NCBI GenBank assembly: GCA_904063045.1
Contig: CAJFCJ010000045.1
Coordinates: 99,961 to 140,459, forward strand
Length of the DNA: 40,499 nt
Source: Dimorphilus gyrociliatus
Taxonomy: Eukaryota > Animalia > Annelida
Direction of reading: 5' to 3'
The position numbers were made by a program, and so were the translations under genes. Positions 10,416-20,600 of the stretch are shown piece by piece. A model generated the notes under the pieces. The model had not been told where the DNA came from, ran no database searches, and saw only the letters and a program-made list of their open reading frames with translations. Each line of letters starts with the position of its first letter. Position 1 is the first letter of the stretch.

Positions 10416-12372
10416 GGTTTATGGAGAAAACATCCACAAGAGAAAACGTCCACAAGAGAAAACGTCCACAAGAGAAAATATCCACAGGAGAAATGTCCAC
10501 AGTGGAAAAAGTCTATAGGGGAAAATGGCCATGGAAATTAAAATTAATAATGTATGTACATTGTAGTGATAATAAAAATTATGCAATGTCAGGTTCTCCA
10601 TTTTGTTGAGGAACTATTTCCTGTTTATGATTTCCTGTTTTTGTTCCATACAAAGGAGAGTTTGATTCAAATATTATCTGAAAAGGATATTTCACAAGTA
10701 CAACACAATATCAAAAAAATTCAATACACCAGAATATCTCTTGATAATTCTTTTAAATTGAATCAGTTTAAGGTAAAACTTTAATTAATAAAATCTCTTT
10801 TAAAATATTTGAGCAGCCATTTTGGGGTAACTCTCTCTTTTTACTGATAGATAATGGCATATTGCTACAATTGTAAGGAGAAAATGGTTGGAAGACAGCA
10901 TAAAGCAAAGTGTCAACTATGTCACCATTGGGTAATAATTCACAAGAAATGCATGAAAAGTAGGTTAAATTCAATTTTATAGCATATATCATTTTTTTAA
11001 ATGATTGTATTAACAGAAAATCATCTCTTTCTTTGCAATATTTGTGAAGATATTTCTAAGAGAACATGTTTGGTCACCTTACAACAGCTGTCTACTAGTC
11101 AAATCAAAACAGTGAACTCTGAAGTGGAAAAGGAAGTAGAGATGACATATGAAGTTCATAATACTATGAATGATGTTGTTGGTAATGGTCCAGATATTTA
11201 TGAAAATGAAAAAGAAAGTGATAGAAATATGAGAACAGATGTTGATGATAATGATGTTATTGTTGAAAACAACAGCACAGATCTAATGATTGGGTGTAAC
11301 ATTGAAATCACAACAGAAAATCATTCACAGGATTCAAATAATTTGATGGAAACTTCTTTCATAAATTCTCCAACATCAAAAAGAGTAGATATGGAGCCAA
11401 CTTTCAAAATTCTGAAAGGAATGAGTCAAAAAGGTAAAGACCTATTAGCCTATGATGGTTATATGTTTACAATAAAGATGAAAAGGTCAACAAAAATATT
11501 TTGGACATGTAGTGTAAGGAATAAGAACAACAAATGCCCAGCAAGTGTCAATCAATTGGAAGATCAATTCCATCCTGGAAGAATACCCCATTCCCATAAA
11601 AGAGAAGATGGACTGGAAAAGAAAATTTTAATTAAAAATGAAATTAAACAATTGTGTGAAATTGAAACTTTCTCTTCTGGAAAATCAAGAACCAGTGGCT
11701 ATATGGATATTACCCACCACATACCTGGTCAATATATGGTGAAGCAATCAGAACCAACAATGACCTGGAAGGATGGCACAATAGATTAAACAGGAATATC
11801 CATGCCAATTCTACATTGTATGTTATCATTGATGAATTAAAGAGAGAAGCAGAGTTGATTACATTGTACAAGAAATTATTAAGTGAGAAAAAGATATGTT
11901 GACAACAGAGAAAGCCTTATCAGAAAATTCAAAGTCAGATCTTTGGCTTATGGGAGCAATTTGAGGTCAGATTAATATCTGAAACAGATTTATTGGAAAA
12001 GGCAGCCAGCATTTATATAGCATCATAACTCATTCATTTAGCTTGTTACCATGTTATAAACTTAGTCTTTTATAATTTTTTTGCAGTTTGTTTTGTAGTT
12101 ATTAGTTTTTGTTTTCAACATATCAAAATATCATAAATACAAATTATATATTTATTCTCTCAATTTTCCTTTTCATCTTAATCTCCAAAGGTTTTAAAAA
12201 GAAAAATTCTCTTTCACTATGGACATTTTCTCCTCAGTTGTGGATGTTTTCTCCTGTGGATGTTTTTTTCTTGTGGACGTTTTCTCCTGTGGACATTTTC
12301 TCTTGTGGACGTTTTCTCCTCAGTTGTGGATGTTTTCTCCTGTGGACGTTTTCTCTTGTGGACGTTTTCTCC
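10416..12372 (+). mobile_element. Internally deleted MULE (copy C) with paired inverted termini made of 17-bp tandem repeats
   Basis: Left end GGTTTATGGAGAAAAC(G/A)TCCACAA repeats (10416-10520); inverted repeats at 12217-12372. ORF 11001-11789 has FLYWCH and then jumps to the C-terminus (alternate frame AIRTNNDLEGWHNRLN..ELKREAEL). The catalytic middle is missing and no TSD was found. Confidence 0.8.
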
Positions 12373-14397
12373 TGCACCCATTCATTCCTCCTGAATTTTT
12401 AAAGAAGGATATAAATATGAATAATGAGAGGATCATTATCTTTGCAACAAATCATCAATTGGAGCTATTGTCAAAGGGGGAAATTTGGTACCTTGATGGT
12501 ACTTTTAAGATTGCCAATGAACCTTTTATTCAAATGTACTCTATTCATGTATTTTTGAAAAAACATGGACAGCTTAAGCAAGTTCCATTGCTTTTTTCTT
12601 TTCTTTCTTCTAAAAAAAAGAGAGCATATAAGCTACTTTTCCAGGTAAGAATTACATTTCATAAATATACTTACTAATAAGTAATCATGTTAAATTTTTA
12701 AGGCTGTGAAGGATTTAGCTGAAAATTGTGCTCCTAAGAAAATAGTTTTAGACTATGAAAAGGCTGTTTGGAAAACTTTACAAAATATATGGGCTGATGC
12801 CATCTTCACTGGATGTTCATTTCACTGGTCTCAGGCAATATTTAGAAAAATTCAGGTTTATTAATTTCTAAAAATTTTAACAATCAAACTAATATTTGTT
12901 TTGTTTAAGGAACTCGGTTATAGCAGGGAATTTAGAAAAAAAGGGGAGCTTGGGAATCCATGAGAATGATTATGTCTTTACCATATTCACCTCATGGCAT
13001 GATTGAAAATCAATTCACTAAAATTCAAAATCAACTGACAAAAGAAAATAAACTGTCTGATTTGTTGGACTATGTGTCTAATACTTGGATAAAAAATATA
13101 TTTTGGTCTCCAGAGACTTGGTCTGTTTTTAATCAAAGCATAAGAACAAATAATTATCTGGAAGGTTATCATCAAAGGCTCAATAAAATTGTTGGAGAAA
13201 ATGTTTCTTTTTATTTAGTGATTGATGAGTTAAAGAGGGAGGCAGACGTGATAAATCTGTACAAAAAGCTTTTAAGTGAAAGAAAGTGTACTTTGTTGTA
13301 TTGTAATTGTAGGAATTTCTGCTTCTTCAGAACAGTATTCATCCTTTCCAATCATTTATCAATTTACCAAAGTACTGGTCCAATTAGAACCTTTCAAGTT
13401 CATCCACAAATAGTCTTAACAAATGTAATTTCAGTAGAAATAATTCAACAAAATACCAGTATTTCGTCCAAAGAATATGTATTGAGTAAATGAGTTTCTA
13501 GTTCTAAACAAGTAAGTTTAAACAACCAGTTAACAGTTAAAGAACTGAACTGACAAGCTGAGGAAATGCATTTCCTTTTATACATTTTCCAAAGCTTGGG
13601 TTCAAGTGGTCAAAGGATTACAAAGTTGAAATCTGATGGTCTCATAATTCTCATGTAACAAAAATATGAAAGACTGTTATATCACACATATAAAATATAA
13701 TCCTAAGATTAGGGCCACATGCCAAACATGTGCCACAGCAAACAGGCCTGTCTCATCAGCATCTGGTGTTTGACCTGCATCTTTTCCATGTTCTTTGTTC
13801 CTTTGTTAATTCCCAAGTAGCCACCATCTGTTACAGTCAAAGAGTCTATTTCGTAAGAAATAGAGTTCTTTCTAAAGTACTAAAAGCTAACTCTATGAAA
13901 TAAAAGTCTTTCTAAAGTTCCACCACTATAATTCCTACGAAATATAAGTATTTCTATAGTCACACCAGTCTAATTCCTATAAAATAGAAGTCTTTCTAAT
14001 GTACCCTTATATCTAAGTGCACAGAAAGATAATTAGACTTCAAAGGAAGACTTCTAACAAAATTCAAAAAGATCTTTTCTTAATTTGGGAAAATTTTAAA
14101 ACAGGTGAAATTAATGCAAACCAGGTTCTGCAGCTTTGATCAGAATTATATTATTGAAAATAATCGACAATACCCTGATATCAAAAAACTTTACTTGAAA
14201 ACACTGGTCATTTAATTGTAAAACTTGAAAAAAGTTTGTCTTTGTTTTAAAGTTGTTTACAAATAATCAATACACAATTTATATGGTAAACCTGAAGTTA
14301 GATTCGACAGAAAATGTCCCCAAATGCATGGTTTAACCCTAACCTAGCCCTTGTCTCTCTCTAACCTTTTTGATTACCCCTGTTTTCTGTTGACCCC
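12373..14397 (+). mobile_element. MULE copy B: 5'-truncated transposase pseudogene with two introns, interrupted by a solo LTR
   Basis: WYLDGTFK exon to 12644; introns 12645-12702 and 12856-12909; GCSFHWSQAIFRKIQ; one frameshift near 12940; IRTNNYLEGYHQRLN. Removing the LTR restores LLSERK|IIRLQRKTSNKIQ. The right end (~14300-14397) is tentative. Confidence 0.85.
13287..14023 (-). mobile_element. Solo LTR, subfamily A, 737 bp, 5-bp TSD GAAAG
   Basis: TG...CA ends, with GAAAG at 13282-13286 and 14024-14028. About 98% identical to 4852-5589. Confidence 0.92.
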
Positions 14398-14623
14398 ATT
14401 CAATTTGTGTCATTGTGGTTGAAAGTATTCAATTTTCTTTAAAAATTTCTTTCCAAAGCAGCACAGTTCATAATTTTCATGTGTTAAATTTTCTAAATTA
14501 TTTAAATATTGAACAAGAAATTTTTCATAGGCCATAATGATAGATGATTTTATTAATGATCATTCTTTTAAAGACTTCAAAAACAGATATGCATATTTAT
14601 TAATTAAGTAACAGATATAATAG

Positions 14624-17600
14624 TTACTCAACTATGATGGAACAATTCTTTAGGAAATTTTCTAGATTTTTGCTCTGTTCTTTATTCAAATTACATTCAA
14701 CTAAGTAGAGACTTGTCAGTGTATTTGAAGATTTGTGAAGTGCTTCACAAAAATTAAAGTTTCCATCACCAATTCCAATATTCTTTGACAGTTGTAAGGT
14801 TTCTATTTTAGAACAATTCTTTAGAAATTTTCTAGATTTTTGCTCTGTTCTTTATTCAAATTACATTCAACTAAGTAGAGACTTGTCAGTGTATTTGAAG
14901 ATTTGTGAAGTGCTTCACAAAAATTAAAGTTTCCATCACCAATTCCAATATTCTTTGACAGTTGTAAGGTTTCTATTTTAGAACAATTCTTTAGAAAATT
15001 TTCTAGATTTTTGCTCTGTTCTTTATTCAAATTACATTCAACTAAGTAGAGACTTGTCAGTGTATTTGAAGATTTGTGAAGTGCTTCACAAAAATTAAAG
15101 TTTCCATCACCAATTCCAATATTCTTTGACAGTTGTAAGGTTTCTATTTTAGAACAATTCTTTAGAAAATTTTCTAGATTTTTGCTCTGTTCTTTATTCA
15201 AATTACATTCAACTAAGTAGAGACTTGTCAGTGTATTTGAAGATTTGTGAAGTGCTTCACAAAAATTAAAGTTTCCATCACCAATTCCAATATTCTTTGA
15301 CAGTTGTAAGGTTTCTATTTTAGAACAATTCTTTAGAAAATTTTCTAGATTTTTGCTCTGTTCTTTATTCAAATTACATTCAACTAAGTAGAGACTTGTC
15401 AGTGTATTTGAAGATTTGTGAAGTGCTTCACAAAAATTAAAGTTTCCATCACCAATTCCAATATTCTTTGACAGTTGTAAGGTTTCTATTTTAGAACAAT
15501 TCTTTAGAAAATTTTCTAGATTTTTGCTCTGTTCTTTATTCAAATTACATTCAACTAAGTAGAGACTTGTCAGTGTATTTGAAGATTTGTGAAGTGCTTC
15601 ACAAAAATTAAAGTTTCCATCACCAATTCCAATATTCTTTGACAGTTGTAAGGTTTCTATTTTAGAACAATTCTTTAGGAAATTTTCTAGATTTTTGCTC
15701 TGTTCTTTATTCAAATTACATTCAACTAAGTAGAGACTTGTCAGTGTATTTGAAGATTTGTGAAGTGCTTCACAAAAATTAAAGTTTCCATCACCAATTC
15801 CAATATTCTTTGACAGTTGTAAGGTTTCTATTTTAGAACAATTCTTTAGAAAATTTTCTAGATTTTTGCTCTGTTCTTTATTCAAATTACATTCAACTAA
15901 GTAGAGACTTGTCAGTGTATTTGAAGATTTGTGAAGTGCTTCACAAAAATTAAAGTTTCCATCACCAATTCCAATATTCTTTGACAGTTGTAAGGTTTCT
16001 ATTTTAGAACAATTCTTTAGAAAATTTTCTAGATTTTTGCTCTGTTCTTTATTCAAATTACATTCAACTAAGTAGAGACTTGTCAGTGTATTTGAAGATT
16101 TGTGAAGTGCTTCACAAAAATTAAAGTTTCCATCACCAATTCCAATATTCTTTGACAGTTGTAAGGTTTCTATTTTAGAACAATTCTTTAGAAATTTTCT
16201 AGATTTTTGCTCTGTTCTTTATTCAAATTACATTCAACTAAGTAGAGACTTGTCAGTGTATTTGAAGATTTGTGAAGTGCTTCACAAAAATTAAAGTTTC
16301 CATCACCAATTCCAATATTCTTTGACAGTTCTAAGGTTTCTATTTTAGAACAATTCTTTAGAAAATTTTCTAGATTTTTGCTCTGTTCTTTATTCAAATT
16401 ACATTCAACTAAGTAGAGACTTGTCAGTGTATTTGAAGATTTGTGAAGTGCTTCACAAAAATTAAAGTTTCCATCACCAATTCCAATATTCTTTGACAGT
16501 TGTAAGGTTTCTATTTTAGAACAATTCTTTAGGAAATTTTCTAGATTTTTGCTCTGTTCTTTATTCAAATTACATTCAACTAAGTAGAGACTTGTCAGTG
16601 TATTTGAAGATTTGTGAAGTGCTTCACAAAAATTAAAGTTTCCATCACCAATTCCAATATTCTTTGACAGTTGTAAGGTTTCTATTTTAGAACAATTCTT
16701 TAGAAAATTTTCTAGATTTTTGCTCTGTTCTTTATTCAAATTACATTCAACTAAGTAGAGACTTGTCAGTGTATTTGAAGATTTGTGAAGTGCTTCACAA
16801 AAATTAAAGTTTCCATCACCAATTCCAATATTCTTTGACAGTTGTAAGGTTTCTATTTTAGAACAATTCTTTAGAAAATTTTCTAGATTTTTGCTCTGTT
16901 CTTTATTCAAATTACATTCAACTAAGTAGAGACTTGTCAGTGTATTTGAAGATTTGTGAAGTGCTTCACAAAAATTAAAGTTTCCATCACCAATTCCAAT
17001 ATTCTTTGACAGTTGTAAGGTTTCTATTTTAGAACAATTCTTTAGAAAATTTTCTAGATTTTTGCTCTGTTCTTTATTCAAATTACATTCAACTAAGTAG
17101 AGACTTGTCAGTGTATTTGAAGATTTGTGAAGTGCTTCACAAAAATTAAAGTTTCCATCACCAATTCCAATATTCTTTGACAGTTCTAAGGTTTCTATTT
17201 TAGAACAATTCTTTAGAAAATTTTCTAGATTTTTGCTCTGTTCTTTATTCAAATTACATTCAACTAAGTAGAGACTTGTCAGTGTATTTGAAGATTTGTG
17301 AAGTGCTTCACAAAAATTAAAGTTTCCATCACCAATTCCAATATTCTTTGACAGTTGTAAGGTTTCTATTTTAGAACAATTCTTTAGAAAATTTTCTAGA
17401 TTTTTGCTCTGTTCTTTATTCAAATTACATTCAACTAAGTAGAGACTTGTCAGTGTATTTGAAGATTTGTGAAGTGCTTCACAAAAATTAAAGTTTCCAT
17501 CACCAATTCCAATATTCTTTGACAGTTGTAAGGTTTCTATTTTAGAACAATTCTTTAGAAAATTTTCTAGATTTTTGCTCTGTTCTTTATTCAAATTACA

Positions 17601-20600
17601 TTCAACTAAGTAGAGACTTGTCAGTGTATTTGAAGATTTGTGAAGTGCTTCACAAAAATTAAAGTTTCCATCACCAATTCCAATATTCTTTGACAGTTGT
17701 AAGGTTTCTATTTTAGAACAATTCTTTAGAAAATTTTCTAGATTTTTGCTCTGTTCTTTATTCAAATTACATTCAACTAAGTAGAGACTTGTCAGTGTAT
17801 TTGAAGATTTGTGAAGTGCTTCACAAAAATTAAAGTTTCCATCACCAATTCCAATATTCTTTGACAGTTGTAAGGTTTCTATTTTAGAACAATTCTTTAG
17901 AAAATTTTCTAGATTTTTGCTCTGTTCTTTATTCAAATTACATTCAACTAAGTAGAGACTTGTCAGTGTATTTGAAGATTTGTGAAGTGCTTCACAAAAA
18001 TTAAAGTTTCCATCACCAATTCCAATATTCTTTGACAGTTGTAAGGTTTCTATTTTAGAACAATTCTTTAGGAAATTTTCTAGATTTTTGCTCTGTTCTT
18101 TATTCAAATTACATTCAACTAAGTAGAGACTTGTCAGTGTATTTGAAGATTTGTGAAGTGCTTCACAAAAATTAAAGTTTCCATCACCAATTCCAATATT
18201 CTTTGACAGTTGTAAGGTTTCTATTTTAGAACAATTCTTTAGAAAATTTTCTAGATTTTTGCTCTGTTCTTTATTCAAATTACATTCAACTAAGTAGAGA
18301 CTTGTCAGTGTATTTGAAGATTTGTGAAGTGCTTCACAAAAATTAAAGTTTCCATCACCAATTCCAATATTCTTTGACAGTTCTAAGGTTTCTATTTTAG
18401 AACAATTCTTTAGAAAATTTTCTAGATTTTTGCTCTGTTCTTTATTCAAATTACATTCAACTAAGTAGAGACTTGTCAGTGTATTTGAAGATTTGTGAAG
18501 TGCTTCACAAAAATTAAAGTTTCCATCACCAATTCCAATATTCTTTGACAGTTGTAAGGTTTCTATTTTAGAACAATTCTTTAGAAAATTTTCTAGATTT
18601 TTGCTCTGTTCTTTATTCAAATTACATTCAACTAAGTAGAGACTTGTCAGTGTATTTGAAGATTTGTGAAGTGCTTCACAAAAATTAAAGTTTCCATCAC
18701 CAATTCCAATATTCTTTGACAGTTGTAAGGTTTCTATTTTAGAACAATTCTTTAGAAAATTTTCTAGATTTTTGCTCTGTTCTTTATTCAAATTACATTC
18801 AACTAAGTAGAGACTTGTCAGTGTATTTGAAGATTTGTGAAGTGCTTCACAAAAATTAAAGTTTCCATCACCAATTCCAATATTCTTTGACAGTTGTAAG
18901 GTTTCTATTTTAGAACAATTCTTTAGAAAATTTTCTAGATTTTTGCTCTGTTCTTTATTCAAATTACATTCAACTAAGTAGAGACTTGTCAGTGTATTTG
19001 AAGATTTGTGAAGTGCTTCACAAAAATTAAAGTTTCCATCACCAATTCCATTCCAATATTCTTTGACAGTTGTAAGGTTTCTATTTTAGAACAATTCTTT
19101 AGAAAATTTTCTAGATTTTTGCTCTGTTCTTTATTCAAATTACATTCAACTAAGTAGAGACTTGTCAGTGTATTTGAAGATTTGTGAAGTGCTTCACAAA
19201 AATTAAAGTTTCCATCACCAATTCCAATATTCTTTGACAGTTGTAAGGTTTCTATTTTAGAACAATTCTTTAGAAAATTTTCTAGATTTTTGCTCTGTTC
19301 TTTATTCAAATTACATTCAACTAAGTAGAGACTTGTCAGTGTATTTGAAGATTTGTGAAGTGCTTCACAAAAATTAAAGTTTCCATCACCAATTCCAATA
19401 TTCTTTGACAGTTGTAAGGTTTCTATTTTAGAACAATTCTTTAGAAAATTTTCTAGATTTTTGCTCTGTTCTTTATTCAAATTACATTCAACTAAGTAGA
19501 GACTTGTCAGTGTATTTGAAGATTTGTGAAGTGCTTCACAAAAATTAAAGTTTCCATCACCAATTCCAATATTCTTTGACAGTTGTAAGGTTTCTATTTT
19601 AGAACAATTCTTTAGAAAATTTTCTAGATTTTTGCTCTGTTCTTTATTCAAATTACATTCAACTAAGTAGAGACTTGTCAGTGTATTTGAAGATTTGTGA
19701 AGTGCTTCACAAAAATTAAAGTTTCCATCACCAATTCCAATATTCTTTGACAGTTGTAAGGTTTCTATTTTAGAACAATTCTTTAGGAAATTTTCTAGAT
19801 TTTTGCTCTGTTCTTTATTCAAATTACATTCAACTAAGTAGAGACTTGTCAGTGTATTTGAAGATTTGTGAAGTGCTTCACAAAAATTAAAGTTTCCATC
19901 ACCAATTCCAATATTCTTTGACAGTTGTAAGGTTTCTATTTTAGAACAATTCTTTAGAAAATTTTCTAGATTTTTGCTCTGTTCTTTATTCAAATTACAT
20001 TCAACTAAGTAGAGACTTGTCAGTGTATTTGAAGATTTGTGAAGTGCTTCACAAAAATTAAAGTTTCCATCACCAATTCCAATATTCTTTGACAGTTCTA
20101 AGGTTTCTATTTTAGAACAATTCTTTAGAAAATTTTCTAGATTTTTGCTCTGTTCTTTATTCAAATTACATTCAACTAAGTAGAGACTTGTCAGTGTATT
20201 TGAAGATTTGTGAAGTGCTTCACAAAAATTAAAGTTTCCATCACCAATTCCAATATTCTTTGACAGTTGTAAGGTTTCTATTTTAGAACAATTCTTTAGA
20301 AAATTTTCTAGATTTTTGCTCTGTTCTTTATTCAAATTACATTCAACTAAGTAGAGACTTGTCAGTGTATTTGAAGATTTGTGAAGTGCTTCACAAAAAT
20401 TAAAGTTTCCATCACCAATTCCAATATTCTTTGACAGTTGTAAGGTTTCTATTTTAGAACAATTCTTTAGAAATTTTCTAGATTTTGCTCTGTTCTTTAT
20501 TCAAATTACATTCAACTAAGTAGAGACTTGTCAGTGTATTTGAAGATTTGTGAAGTGCTTCACAAAAATTAAAGTTTCCATCACCAATTCCAATATTCTT

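Noticed and set aside
10419-12402. Short ORFs with repeated VDVFSCGRFL / KRPQEK peptides
   Set aside because: They are translations of the 17-bp terminal tandem repeats of the MULE.
4852-14023. The two near-identical LTRs as the ends of one 9.2-kb retrotransposon carrying the LRR gene
   Set aside because: Each LTR has its own distinct TSD on both sides and interrupts a separate MULE ORF, and there is no gag or pol between them.
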